Shown here: piece by piece, positions 29,496-42,892 of the stretch
How the letters are laid out: each line of letters starts with the position of its first letter
Numbering within the stretch: position 1 is the stretch's first letter
Origin: Eledone cirrhosa
Taxonomy: Eukaryota
Assembly (NCBI GenBank): GCA_964016885.1
Contig: OZ024741.1
Coordinates: forward strand, 393,452,001-393,516,000
Length of the DNA: 64,000 nucleotides
Direction of reading: 5' to 3'
The notes under the pieces: generated by a model
Database searches by the model: none
The model's input: only the letters and a program-made list of their open reading frames with translations
Told to the model about the DNA's origin: nothing
Made by a program: the position numbers and the translations under genes

Positions 29496-29928
29496 TAGCA
29501 AACCGAATGATTCTCGGCTTCAGAGTTAAGAATAAAGTAAATAAAATACAGAGGTAATTGAAATTAAATATATACATACACGCATCCATATACGTACGTA
29601 CACAAGCATATTGTTGTAATAATATTGCCAGAGATAATACATATAATACATATATATATATATACACACACACACACATACATATCATCATCATCATCAT
29701 CATCATCATCGTTTAACATTTATTTTTCGCATTAGCATGGGTTGTCTTGTTTGAGGCATGTTGTGTCAGGTGACCATGTCTTGCTCATACAGAACTTTTT
29801 CTGGCTTGATTTTTATGGCTGGATGCCCTTCCTAATGCCAACCACATCATTTACAAATGAACATAGAGTAAAATATATAGGGGCCACCTCTAATGTTTTT
29901 AAGAAAGATGGTATACCCATGTACATCA

Positions 29929-30262
29929 TCATCATCATCACTTTATATCTGCTTTTCCTTGCTTGCAAGAGTGGGACGGGTCTTCTTCAGCACAGCATCT
30001 CTCCATTTGTCATGGTCCTTTGTCATCTCCTCTGTGAGCTTCAGCGATCTAAGATTAGCTCTCACCACCTCTGCCTATTTTTTTCATAGTCTTCCTCTGC
30101 GGCATCTTCCTTCCACCAGGATTTCTTGGCACTTCTTCCATGTGCATCACATGTCCATACCAATACAGTCTTCTCTCCTGCACACTACAGTTTATTCCTC
30201 TCATACATAGTTTCACTGTCAACTCGTCCATGCTTAGTCGTTCATGCACATTGACATTGTGC
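29929..30262 (-). mobile_element. RTE LINE 3' fragment
   Basis: NVNVHERLSMDEL...RRLYWYGHVM on -, with a (CAT)n tail. Confidence 0.85.
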
Positions 30263-30560
30263 ATTGTACATTCTTTTAAAAATGAAGTTAGAAACTTCAT
30301 GACTTTAGCTAACAGAATATGGGAACTGGAAGAGAAAGGTACCAGATATAAAATTTCCTGCTCAGTCCGCAGATTTGCTGACCAGTACAAACAGCGCACG
30401 AAAGTTTGCAACATATGTATACTTGAAATGAACTATATCATTACCAGAAACAATTTAATAATCAATAGATTAGAACAAGTCTTCACTTGTAGACATAAAC
30501 AGTTTAAAACTTTCTCCTATCATAATCCCAACTAACATGCAAATCAATCTTGACATCATG
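30263..30560 (+). mobile_element. Penelope-like GIY-YIG endonuclease C-terminal fragment
   Basis: HSFKN...TLANRIWEL...KVCNICILEMNYII...INRLEQVFTCRHK. Confidence 0.8.
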
Positions 30561-31345
30561 CCCTTAAGAAATAGAGGTAGAAACTAGCATCGACCCCAAT
30601 TCTGTCTGCTTTCCTCTACATGACACCAGATATCATACAAAGCACTATCCAATTTTAACAACAAGAACATTAAAATGTCAAAGTGAATTATAATCACCCA
30701 CTGCAAAAGCATAATAAAAAACTCTTTGATCTCTATGACTATAAAACTTCCATCAACTCGAATTAAAGACCTCATATGCTAGCTGTGTTAGCCACACTTC
30801 TTGGAAAAATAATAATAGTAGTAATATATCAATAGGATAGGGATGAAGTTGTGATAAATGTCATTGCCTGACCACTCTCTATATACATTATAGACACCCT
30901 GTACAGATGAGCATGGCCAACTGGTCTCTTCCCCATCGTAATGGTGCCATCCAGTTCCAGACTCCCAAACTGTGGTCCCACATCCTTCCTCATAGCTGTG
31001 CCATCCAGTCTCACACTGTAATTGTGGTTGGTGTTAGGAAGGGCATCCAGCTGTAAAAACCCTGGTCAAACTTGCCTCTCAGTATGGACGACCTGTCTGA
31101 TCCATGCAAGCATGGAATAATGGACATTAAATGATGATGATGATGATGATGATAATGCATATATACATATATACATACATCAGTACACACACATACACAC
31201 ATATATATATATATTCATACATATTAGAAAATGAGGTTTTTTTTCAAAATGAAAAAAAAACGAGATGTCCTACACGAGTGAAAGTATAAGGAAAAAAGAT
31301 GAAATCAAAAATGCAATTGGAGTCTTTTTAAGAATATTTATTTGG

Positions 31346-31389
31346 TTCCTTTACCGGTTTCGTAGTTCTTATGCTTTTCAAAAGTAGAA
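31346..31389 (-). ncRNA. Hammerhead-like motif, U3-A8 core variant
   Basis: Minus strand: ttctaCTT-TTGAAAA-gcataagaactac-GAA-ACCGGT-A-AAGgaa. Sister copies at 48957-49000 (+) and 49372-49415 (-). Confidence 0.55.
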
Positions 31390-31589
31390 TTGAGATGGAG
31401 GGTTTGTGGCTTTTCTTGCATCTGGTTGGTGTTTGAATGTTACTTCTGTTTTATGTGGAAAAAAGTGGCTCGAAATGCTAGGTATGTATATTTATATCAA
31501 TATGTACACACATACACACATACACACACATATATATAAATATACCTACATACATACATAAGGAAAACAAAATTAAAAACAAATGTTGA

Positions 31590-32000
31590 GATGGATGGCA
31601 CAAAGAATACTGGTGGAACCTGAAAATAAACTCTGCCACCAAATTAAAGCACAACTGGCCCGATATTGTTGTTTGGGACCACACATTGAAAACGTGCTGT
31701 GTTGTAGAGATCAGCTGCCCACTTGATGTCAATATTGTAAGAAAAATACAAGAGAAGGAGGACATCTATGAATCATTGATGAGAAGTTTGCAGAGCCAGT
31801 ATCCAAGATACACCTTCAGCTTCATACGTATTATTATTGGAGCTACGGGTTATATACCAACCCGCTTGGACCAAGGTATGACTGAACTTGGATTGGTGGA
31901 CAAAGAGCGCAGCTCCCTAATTCATTGACTATAAATCGTTGCGATAGCTGGCACCTTCAACATTTGCAAAACATTCTTGCAATTCAAGGGATGACAATTT
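31590..32000 (+). mobile_element. R2/R4(Dong)-type non-LTR retrotransposon 3' fragment (restriction-like endonuclease)
   Basis: YWWNLKI...HNWPDIVVWDHTLKTCCVVEISCPLD...EKEDIYESL...IIIGATG shows the PD-(D/E) restriction-like endonuclease signature. Confidence 0.8.
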
Positions 32001-32126
32001 CTTCTCTTTTACAACCTTGCCACCAGGAAGGTGGCCAGTCAAACATGTACTCGAAATTAAGAGAAAGAGAATCATACATACATAAATACATACATAGATA
32101 CATATATATTGAAATTTATATATATA

Positions 32127-32165
32127 TTTCGCCTGAAGAAGGGCTTATGCCCGAAACGTCGTTCC
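32127..32165 (+). ncRNA. Minimal PLE-type hammerhead core (weak stem I)
   Basis: c-CTGAAGA-a GGGC ttat GCCC-GAA-ACGT-C-g: perfect stem II, palindromic stem III ACGT and a GUC site; stem I pairs poorly. Confidence 0.55.
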
Positions 32166-32316
32166 CCACCACCACCCCACTCTCAAGAGCGTGAAACTAA
32201 TAAACCTTTGTTCGTACTGCCTCTCTGTTTTGTTCCCGTTCCATTTTTCACTATATATATATATATATATATGTATATATGTGTGTGTATATATATGCTT
32301 TGTGTGTATGTCAATA

Positions 32317-32800
32317 TCTATATCCTTACAAAAAGGAAGTTTGTTTGTACATCGACTGCTAATAACACTAAATAAAATTGATAATAATTAAGGTTTTTCA
32401 TGTGTTTTCAACTAATCTGACCTCCATAAAGCTAACTCCGGACTTATTTTCCAAAAAATGGAATGGGGCCAGAGCGAAATGGGGGAAAATTTACTGCTAT
32501 TTCTAGCACACAGATACTGTCTCTTTGTACGTCATTGTATCAATATATAGAGAGGGAAACACTAAACCTCCTACTCACACCATTCCTCCTCTCTCTAACT
32601 AATTGAAACTTTTGTTGTCAGCTGGTCTGACATCTGACTCATTCTCTCCCTCTCACTACCTCCTTTTCTCTCTCTCTGTATCTATATATCTATCTATCTA
32701 AATCCTTATAAAAAGGAAGTTTGTTTGTACATTGATCACTAATAACACTAAATAGAATTGATAATAATTAAGGTTTTTCATGTGTTTTCAACTAATCTGA
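32317..32800 (+). repeat. About 105-bp direct duplication (32317-32420 and 32697-32800) resembling a Helitron 5' end
   Basis: tcta(t/a)atcctta(c/t)aaaaaggaagtttgtttgtacat... occurs twice and begins with TC. Confidence 0.5.
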
Positions 32801-33057
32801 TCTACATTCTTGCTTGTCTCTGTGTGTGTGTGTGTGCGTGTGTGTAAATATACTTGTGTGTGTGTGTGCGTGTGTGTAAATATGCTTGTGTGTGTGTGTG
32901 TGTGTAAATATGCTTGTGTGTGTGTGTGTGTAAATATACTTGTCTGTGTGTGTGTGTGTAAACATACTTGTCTGTCAGTCTTTTATATTGTTTGTGTGTG
33001 TATGTGCCTGTGAATTCTTTTGTTTTTATATAAATAAATATATATATATATATATAT

Positions 33058-33145
<88 letters not shown>

Positions 33146-33148
<3 letters not shown>

Positions 33149-34190
33149 ACACAAGAGATGTAGCGGGATCTCAGGAAGCTTAACTAAGAATGTAGGCTTC
33201 ACATGTAGCAGCTGCGCTGGGACAGCAAGCAGCAAAGGGCCACAGGAAACAAGTACCACCAAACTCTGGGAGGGCTCTGTAGAAACAGTAGACAGCTTCT
33301 GCTACCTAGGTGACCGAATTAGCAGTGGAGGTGGGTGTTCAGCAAGTACAGAAACCAGGGTAAGAATGGGATGGAAGAAGTTCAGGGAGCTACTGCCACT
33401 GCTAGCTGCAAAAGGCTTTTCCCTCAGAATGAAAGGCAGACTGTATGATGCGTGTATACGAACAGCAATGTTACATGGTAGTGAGACCTGGGTGCTGTGT
33501 GTAGAAGACTTGCATAGATTAGAAAGAAACGAAGCTTGCATGCTCCAATGGATGTGTAATAGTAATATACGTGAACAGCAAAGCATAAACGAACTGAGAG
33601 AGAGACTGAGTATAAGAGGAATCAAATGCTGTGTGCAGGAGAGGCGGTTGCATTGGTATGGACATGTGATGTCTATGAAGGATGACAGCTGCATAAAAAG
33701 GTGCATAGCACTAGAAGTCAATGGAAACCGAGGAGTGGGGAGACCCAAGAAGACCTGGGATGAGGTGATAAAAGCCGACCTTACCCAATTACACCTCTCA
33801 AAGGCGATGACACATGACTGTGACCTCTGGCGTCACGCAGTAATACAGAAGACCTGACCCCCCACGAGTACAAGCCGAAGCTGAAGCATATAGACAATAT
33901 GTCCCCACACCCTCCCACTGCAAAGTGGCCGTGGAGGTGCCATGGCAAAAAAGCACCCAGCCCACACTGTAAAGTGGACGTGCAGGCGTCACGGGAAAAA
34001 AGCACCCACCACTCACTGTAAATAAGGTTGGTGTTAGGAAGGGCATCCAGCTGTAGAAATCAAACCACAATCACTTCCTGTATGAGCAAGACAGGGTCAG
34101 CCGACCGGGCACTGCCCACAACAGTACAACCCGTCTAACCCATGCTAGCGTGGAAGAATGGACGTAAAACGGTGATGATAATGATGATGA
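33146..34190 (+). mobile_element. RTE-clade LINE 3' part with 3' UTR and (TGA)n tail (second subfamily)
   Basis: Open frame VHKRCSG...FCYLGD...GWKKFRELLP...MLHGSETW...RRLHWYGHV...GRPKKTW, with the stop at 33857. Confidence 0.93.
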
Positions 34191-34206
34191 TATATATATA
34201 TATATA

Positions 34207-34420
34207 GTGAAGGCGTGTGGCTGAGTGGTTAGAGAACTGGATTCACAATTTTGAGGTTGTGAGTTCGATTCCTGGACCGGGCGATGCGTTATGTCTTTGA
34301 GCAAGACACTTTATTTCACGTTGCTCCTTCTACCTGGAGTTGCAACCGATAGATAGTACTAGCAACTGGAAAGACCAATGGAAACACTGTTTCCTGGGTC
34401 CGATTTGACGAAAGTCAATC
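34207..34420 (+). mobile_element. tRNA-derived SINE family 2
   Basis: tggctgagtggttag (A box), gagttcgattcc (B box) and ttgagcaagacactt; sister copy at 63127-63335. Confidence 0.85.
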
Positions 34421-35159
34421 GATCCTTAATATATAGTGCAGACTTAACAGGCTAGATTTAATTAACAGCAGTACTAACGTCACATGATACAGAATAATTG
34501 CAAACGGAATATATATTTTTCAAATCTCTTAAATGCACCACCAGTTATAGCAAGTAGAGAAATTCTCCCTGTTGAACATGATCTCAACATTAACACTGAG
34601 GCTGAAATAAAGTAGTTATTAAAGGCCCAGGTGACTTTGAATATGCAGACGATATTGGTCCAAAAACAGACTGTGTATGTGTCTGTGTGTGTGGTCGTGT
34701 GGGGGTTTTGCGTGTAAACAAATTTTAACAAAGTTAAAAAAAGATAATAAAATTAAAACAAAGAAGGTTCCTCAATAGGAAGGAGACATTCGAGGGTCAT
34801 TCATGGAAAAAATAAAGTACCAGTAATACACTGGGTAATTGCTGGCCTTGTGCCTAAAGTAGAAACAATTATATATTATATGTATTTTGAAGACATCAAA
34901 GTGATTGCATAGCAACCTCTTGATGTGATCTTGTCATACAGGTGCAAAGTTGTAATGTTTTGTTTATGATATGCTCCTAGTTAGGAATGTGGTAGTATCA
35001 GTCCACTCCAGTAGTCATTTGATATACATGGCTATATTTTTGTAGACATGGTGAGGGAGATACTATTCTTAGTAAAATTCTTGGGATGATAGGTAGGCTA
35101 ACATATTAAATTACAAGAGGGATCAGTTGCATTTTAAAGATTTAAATTTACTTATTTAC

Positions 35160-36865
35160 TTATTTATTTATTTAATTTCAAGGCTACGTAATCGTATTTC
35201 AGAGCTATGCAGCAGTAGAGAAGGAGATGCAGGTATAACTATATAATAACACACTGAATTTTATAAAGTGTAGGTGGATGAATAACCTATATGGATTGGA
35301 TAATGAAACATACAATAATTTAGTACACAGAAAGCTGAGAAAAAACTAAAGAAAATCAACTTATGAGAATCTTGAATCAATTAATAAGGATGCAAATGAA
35401 ATTGTTAGTAAACTTAATATAGAAATCCATACTGAATTTACATAATTAGAACACCTATAATAAGTATTAAGGATCACAAACCAGATTTCAAATTTGAATT
35501 ACCAGTCAGACTAATTGCACCTTCTAAATCTAACATCGGAATTGTTAGTAAAATTAAGATCATCCTTTTGTTGAGGTGGAGGATCCAGCTAAACCTGTGG
35601 ACCAGAACCAATGAGATCATTCGATGGTTTATTGACCTAGAGAACAAGGATAAAACTAAATTCATCCAACTGGACATAATCAGTTACTACTCTTTGATAT
35701 AATCTATCTTACTTAACAAGGCCCTAATATATGCTCTAAAGAATATAGATCTTACCCATGAAGAAGAAATCAACGTAATACACACAGCTAGGAAAACTAT
35801 TATCAAATTTTATGATGAATTTTGGACATGCATGGCCAGACCCAGTAACTTTGTCATCACCATGGTCTCCACAGACTCAGCCCAAGTTACAGACTTTGTC
35901 GGATTATACATTCTCCACCTAATTAAAAGAAAGACACCGGAACTGGGTGGAGGTTTGTACCATGACAATACCCTTTTTAGCTTTAGTTAACCACAATAAC
36001 AGTGCTCAAATTTTTTGGTAATTACGGTCTTAAACTAGAACAGTAAAATAGACAACTTCTTAGACATAACCCTAAAACTTAATTCCAACCTTTATTATCA
36101 TAACTTAAACGAAAACCTTAATTATTTTAGCTACTTCTCCAACCACCCTAGGACTGTAACGAAAGCCATAGTCAATAGTATAGCAAAGTGGAGCTTAAGA
36201 CTTTCAGCTAATAGGGACATCTTCAATAGCAAAGCTAGTCACTACAATGATGCATTAACTAGGGCTGGATACAAGGATAAAATAGAATACATAAGAAGAG
36301 ATAGAATTAATTACACACTCATACAAAAGCATAAACAAACTCATAGTACAAACACTAGTCGGGACATACTAACTCAAAATAAACCCAGAAGCACCCAATG
36401 CAAACAGAGATTGAACCAACTCAGCATGTCTCAAATATAGTATTACAACTAGCACACGCTTAACCAGGAGGCAGGATATAAATAAACCACCCCAGAGACA
36501 CTACAACTCCACCACAGCTAGCTACAACACTGGACCTAACACCCCTTCCTCAACCAATAGCACACACATGAGGTAACTCCCACAAAGTATATTGAATCCA
36601 ATGAAACTAGGCCACTTATTAATAGGAGACACCAGGTAATTAACAAACACTCTGACCTATCTAATACTTGTATGCATAAAATATCTAAAACTTTCCTGAG
36701 ATTATATAGTTAGCATACTCTGTAGACATTAACCTCCACCTACACTTTAACATAATCACTAAATCTAAAACATTTGCAGTGTCATTATACCTGCATCTCC
36801 TTCTCTAATAACACATAGCCCTGAAATACGATTACATAGCCTTGAAATTAAATAAACAAATAAAT
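35160..36865 (+). mobile_element. Decayed Penelope-like element (RT region) with inverted terminal segments
   Basis: INKDANEIVSKL...IKDHKPDFKFELPVRLIAPSKSNIGIVSK...TKFIQLDI...GGGLYHDN...FLDITL...SNHP. Inverted repeat at 35160-35238 / 36785-36865. Confidence 0.85.
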
Positions 36866-37398
36866 ATGTAAATTATTCAAACCAATTCATTGAGATATAT
36901 GAACCAAGAAATTTAGTATGAATGGTATATCCCTCACCCTGTCAGCCTACAAAAATAGCCATCTACAGTAGCATATCATCATCATCATCATCATTTTACG
37001 TCCGCTTTTCCCTGCTTGCAAGGGTGGGAGAGGCTCTATTCAGCACAGCATCTCTCCATTCATCATGGTTCTTCGTCATCTCCTCCGTGAGCTTCAGCGA
37101 TCTGAGATGTTTTTCGTGGTCTTCTTAGCATATCAAAAACAAAAACACTGCAACTTTGCACCTGTCTGAAGAGAACAAGTCAAGGTGTTATTATGCAATC
37201 ATTTTGACATCTTCAAAATGTGTATAACAGGATTATATAATAAACAGAGGATGTACATTTAAAGCCGACTCTCTTCTTTGTAATATTGACACTCCAGTTG
37301 ATAACATTATTGATAATACTTTAAGGAACAAAAGTGTGCTTTACGTCTGTTTATGACTAAAGTTGGAGGATTATTTGATCAACCAACTTTTTCAGTTG

Positions 37399-37501
<103 letters not shown>

Positions 37502-37886
37502 TGTGTGTGTACATACATTATATACATATTTTATTATATATATATATATATACATCGTCCCACCCTTGCAAGCAGGGAAAAGCGGACGTAAAATGATGAT
37601 GATGATGATGATACATATTTATATATATATATGTATATACATATATATATACATATTTATATATATATATATATAAAATATGTATATAATGTATGTATAC
37701 ACACAGACACACATATAACATATATATATATATAAATTAAATATGTATATATATGTGTGTGTGTGTCTGTACATACATTATATACATATTTGAGATATAT
37801 ATATATATATGTGTATACATACATTATATATATATATATATATATATATAAATACAAACCAAAACAAATGAGAAGTAGGATATGAA

Positions 37887-38075
37887 TAATTGTTTCTACT
37901 TTAGGCACAAGGTCAGCAATTACCCAGTGCATTACTGGTACTTTATTTTATCGACCCCGTAAGGATGAAAGGCAAAGTCAACCTCGGCGGGATTTGAACT
38001 CAGATCGTAAAGGGACGTAACTATGCTGGAAAGCATGGCATCCGACCCTCTACCGATACTGCCAATCCACCGCCC
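37887..38075 (-). mobile_element. SINE family 1 with 15-bp target-site duplication
   Basis: Full head and core; flanks taggatatgaataat (37876) and taggatatgattaat (38076). Confidence 0.9.
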
Positions 38076-41000
38076 TAGGATATGATTAATGAGTTGTAGA
38101 TATACAGTGAAAGACTTAAATACTTGATAACATATAATAAGTTTATTACAAAATCATGAAATTGAAGGGAAAAGTGTCTTTCTATTTTAATTGATTAATA
38201 TGACTCTACCATGATATACACGTTAAATATATATATTTAAACACACACACACACACACACCTATATAAATGCAAGCATCTCAAATACAGAAACAACAACC
38301 GATTGCTATAAATAATTTTAACATAAAAATTTGGGTAAAATACCCTGGAGACAGAAGAGTGGTCAATAGCTGCTGATGAACTCAAAGCCTTCTAGAAACT
38401 GCAGCAAGTAGCCATAAAAGAAGAAGAGGGAGAGAGAGAAAAGTAGACAGATATAGAAAATGCGTTGTTACCTCATCAGCTTTCAGCTATCTGAATGATT
38501 TTGTGCAGTATCTGAAGGACCATTCATTTTAGGATAGCGCTGCATAGCAGAACATAAATATATCTGTTGGTATGATGCAAGAGAAGCATGTCCATTTGAG
38601 GACATGTTCCATTGAAAAGGGTTAGTCTTGTCTATAACTGCATACGAGAATGAGTGCTCAATACTGTAACAGAGATTAAGAATTTTGTATTAAGACAGTC
38701 ATATTATATTGGATTTTGCCTGTAGATTCACAGGGTCATTTGACGACCCCTGACTTAGCTTTGATAAAAATTATGTGTATATTTATATATATATATATAT
38801 ATAATATATATATATATGTGCATATATATATTTATATATATAAATGAAAAGTATAGAAATTGTTGTAGCGAGAAGCTAACAATATTCCATAACATATTTA
38901 TATATATATACATACATACACACACACACATATTTATATATATATACATACATACACACACACATACAGATATGTGTATGTTGAGTATATTCATTTTTAT
39001 TTTGAATATGAATCCTCCAATGGTACTAATATTTCAGGTCTCATGATGTTCCTTATGGTGTGGTACATCACAAGAAATAAAAAAATGCATTATTTTAAAT
39101 CATTTTTTACATATAATTACAATTTATATAATAGATATGATTTACAAAAGAATCAAATCAATAAAGATTAGTCAAAGAAAAACAAAAAATGCTACAACAG
39201 AAAATGCTGGTGTCCCTCCTCTAAAGATTTTTGATGCAAGCCAAGACACACATGAAATTGCCACTGGGGGTAGCAAGATGAAGTAATTGGAATAGTGAAG
39301 TGCTCTCATGAACATCACTGTACCAACTAGATTATACATCAAATGTGTCGAATTATTGATAAAAAAAAAAAATAAAGCCAAAATACAAAACTCATCTTTT
39401 ACTGCAAAATACTAAAAAAACATATCAAAAGGTTGCTGATGTAACAATGAACTTTATTATAGCAGAAGATCCTTCCTAGTTAAAGTTATAAAATATCTAA
39501 CTAAATATGAGATATATTAAACAGTTATGCATGACTAATTATAATATTGAATCAAAATAACTCATAGATAAGAAAGCTGAAATAGAAAACAGCATCGTGT
39601 CTAATGTAATTGATATTTTTAGAAATAGTTTATCACCCTATGAGAAATGTTGTAAGACTTGAAACCTTAATAGTTGTAAGATTTATATTCAATATGCTAC
39701 ATACATATATATTATGTATGTGAGTATATATACAGTCATACATATACTTTCATTTTAATTAATATTAATTCCTTATATATAAGAAATATTTCTAATATGT
39801 AGATGAGGGAGGGACAATAGAAAATATATAACTGACAGTTACCAAATATTATCTTAAGTTTTTCTTCAAACTATAATTTCACACGTATTATCATTTTATA
39901 TGCTTTAAAAAAAAAAATATATTTCTATATCTTTTGGTTAGGTTCAAACATAGTAATTTAGAATAAAACTTTATGATTTCAGTACTGTGTTGCCATATCA
40001 TAAATCATTACTTGTCAGATTTGGTGGCATTTAAATTCATTTCATATTAATGATAAACACATTTTGTTGAAAATCTATGCTGAACTTATTGAATCAGCTT
40101 TCAGATAGTGCTGCATTTATCAACTGAGTTTCTTTAGTTTGTTCATTTTCACCTAAATGTCACGTGAAGATATAAGGAAGCATAATGGTAAATACAATCA
40201 CCTTCTAAACAAAAATTATTTATAAAAAATCAAAATATCAAGTATCTAGATGTAAGTTGAAAAATGCCAAAGAATATGATGGTTGGATGATGTAGCAAGT
40301 GAACCTGAATGTTCTACTTAAAAACATGTTGCAGTACATAGTTTGAAACCATTTTGCTAATCTTCTCTGATTTCAGTTGCTTACAAAAGACATTACATGC
40401 TTTGCTTTGGTGTTAAAACAATGCTGTCAAGAAATTTACTCTAGATTTCTATTAATCTATTTGTGAAAAAACAAAAATACTTGTTAACATTCAACTTGAA
40501 TGGCATTAATATAATTTAATGATGTTATTTTATGATTCCTCATAAGAATTTAGTTGCAAAAAAAGGCTGTAAATTTTGTATATAAGAGTCAAATTTATTT
40601 AAGTTCAAGAAAGTTATTATCAATTCCAGCAGTCAGTGACTGTATTGTCATTTTTTATATACTGCAGCTTTGATTTTCCAGAATTTCCACAGCAGTTAAT
40701 GGAAACTTAATAGAAATAACTTGTATATTGACTAATCAAAATATACTATAGAATATTGCAACAAGAATATGGAGTTTGATAATCTGTAGACGCATTGAGC
40801 AATAACTGATTTCAGAAATAGACGTATAAAATTGTGTGGTGTTTTTGTATTTCTAAAGAGCAACAAAACAGCCCATTTTGTGAAACAAACTATATCCACT
40901 GATGGAGAAAATGTGCTGTTTACATATGTATATCAATATTAATTAGAGAAATTATGATTATATCAAAAACAAATACACACCCAGTTAAAATATATATTAA

Positions 41001-41481
41001 AAAAACTCTTTTAAAATTATTCCTAGCTTAATTACCTGTGAATTAAATGTTTACTACATATATCATAAATAAACATTTATTAATGACTTCAACTAATTGG
41101 CAGATTTTTGCCACTGTCTACTTACATTATATGGAACAAATAAAAAAAAAACTTAGCTATAAAGCACGGAATCAATGAAAATGCTCATAGAAAAAATAAT
41201 ATATGAAAAAGAATAAGATGCACAAAGCAAACAAATATGCTCAGAATAAACAGAAAAACAAAATATAATTTAAAAAAATAAATTGATTTGTCACAGGTAT
41301 ATAACAATTTATTCATAATCGAATTAATTAGTACTTATAGTATCATAATTGTTAATACTTCAAAGTATACATATTTTATTATCTTCTCTTTTGTTTTTTC
41401 TCCCTCTCTCCCAATACATATATACTATTTCATGTAAATGTACACACACAGACACATAGACACACACACACAAATACATAG

Positions 41482-41519
<38 letters not shown>

Positions 41520-41545
41520 GTATGTATGTATATATATATATATGT

Positions 41546-41579
<34 letters not shown>

Positions 41580-41873
41580 GTATGTATATATATATATATA
41601 GTCCAAATCCATGCAAGTGTGGAAGATGGACGTTAAACGATGATGATGATGATATATATATATATAGATAGATAACGAAGGAGGTGTGGTAAGGAACCAG
41701 ATGAACCATAACGTACCAGAGTACTCAATACTTAGGGTAGTAGAGTGGGTAATAGGAAAATGGCTGTCGAGGTCAAACATTTTCCTATTTATATATATAT
41801 ATATAAGTGGTAGAACACTGGGAGGATATATCCGTACTAGTAGAGCACTCAGTCCATGGGACTAGTTTGGTAG

Positions 41874-42013
41874 AAGTTAGTTCCACAACAGTTAATTAAC
41901 CATTATTGAGGACACATGTTTCAACTTGCGGATCTTCACACTCAACTGTGATGATCCGCAAGGTGAAACATGTGTCCTCTATAATGGTTAATTAACTGTT
42001 GTGGAACTAACTT
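41874..42013. repeat. Miniature fold-back of a PLE terminus with degenerate hammerhead cores (GTGA[T/A]GA...GAAACATGTGTC) in both arms
   Basis: aagttagttccacaacagttaattaaccattat...gaggacacatgtttc pairs with gaaacatgtgtcctc...ataatggttaattaactgttgtggaactaactt. Confidence 0.8.
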
Positions 42014-42314
42014 ATATATATATAATAGATAACGAGGAATCAGTGATGCATTAAAATTCTTGGAGTTGGAAGAAAGGCCTTGAAAACAATAAACATATCT
42101 GAGGACCTTGCGAGTGCAGAGTCAGGTTCAATCTATAATAGATCCTGCGTTGAGCTGATCGTCGGAGAAACATATGTAATATGTTAATAAATTGTGTTTT
42201 AATGCATCACTGATTCCTCATTATCTATAATAATATACTCTGCTCTGCATCAAGTGCTCAAACGGCATACCCCTATGGATGCATTTATTGCAACCTTACA
42301 ACAACTATATATAT

Positions 42315-42374
<60 letters not shown>

Positions 42375-42379
<5 letters not shown>

Positions 42380-42470
42380 AAAAAGTGTGACTCCGACGGC
42401 AGAGCTCAAGCCTTTTCGAGCCGTGTCGAAACGGCTTGAGCTCTGCCGTCGGGGTCACACTTTTTCCTAT
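42375..42470. repeat. GC-rich hairpin built from the 3' half of a hammerhead (GAA-ACGGC..GCCGT-C)
   Basis: About 40-bp arms; related sequences at 41670-41790 and 47455-47545. Confidence 0.75.
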
Positions 42471-42547
42471 TTCCCATTGAGTACTCTGGTGCGTTGTGGT
42501 CCATCTGGTTCCTTACCACAATTCCTTCATTATATATATATATATAT

Positions 42548-42608
<61 letters not shown>

Positions 42609-42690
42609 TTATCTCGGATTCAATCGGAGGTAACCACAGTAAGTAAGGTACTCAATACAAAGCAGAGTATAAAAATGTTTAATATAGAAA

Positions 42691-42735
42691 AGCTTCTACA
42701 GGACTGTTTCATCCTTGAGAAATCATCAGGAAGCT
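42691..42735 (-). ncRNA. Type-I hammerhead ribozyme (minus member of an opposed pair)
   Basis: Minus strand: AGCTTC-CTGATGA-tttctcaaggat-GAA-ACAG tc CTGT-A-GAAGCT. Confidence 0.75.
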
Positions 42736-42742
42736 GACTGAT

Positions 42743-42791
42743 GCTTCCTGATGATTTCTCACGAATGAAACAGTTCTAGTCTTGTAGAAGC
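42743..42791 (+). ncRNA. Type-I hammerhead ribozyme (plus member of an opposed pair)
   Basis: GCTTC-CTGATGA-t TTC tcac GAA t-GAA-ACAG ttctagtc TTGT-A-GAAGC; predicted GUA cleavage after 42786. Confidence 0.78.
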
Positions 42792-42794
42792 TTT

Positions 42795-42848
<54 letters not shown>

Positions 42849-42892
42849 GAAAAGGGGTAAAATTCCATACAAAAGAAAGGTTTATTGTTAAA

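Noticed and set aside
34207-34285. tRNA gene (also at 63127 and the SINE family 1 heads)
   Set aside because: A/B boxes are present, but no clean cloverleaf forms and each continues into a SINE body.
38367-38415. Hammerhead-like gctgCTGATGA...GAAACTGCAGC
   Set aside because: There is no convincing stem II and no valid UH cleavage site; at most it is a decayed relic.
39189-39282. SECIS, iron-responsive element or coding-exon reading of the duplicated element
   Set aside because: There is no RUGA/GA quartet and no CAGUGN loop on a proper stem, and the 10-nt indel between copies breaks frame.
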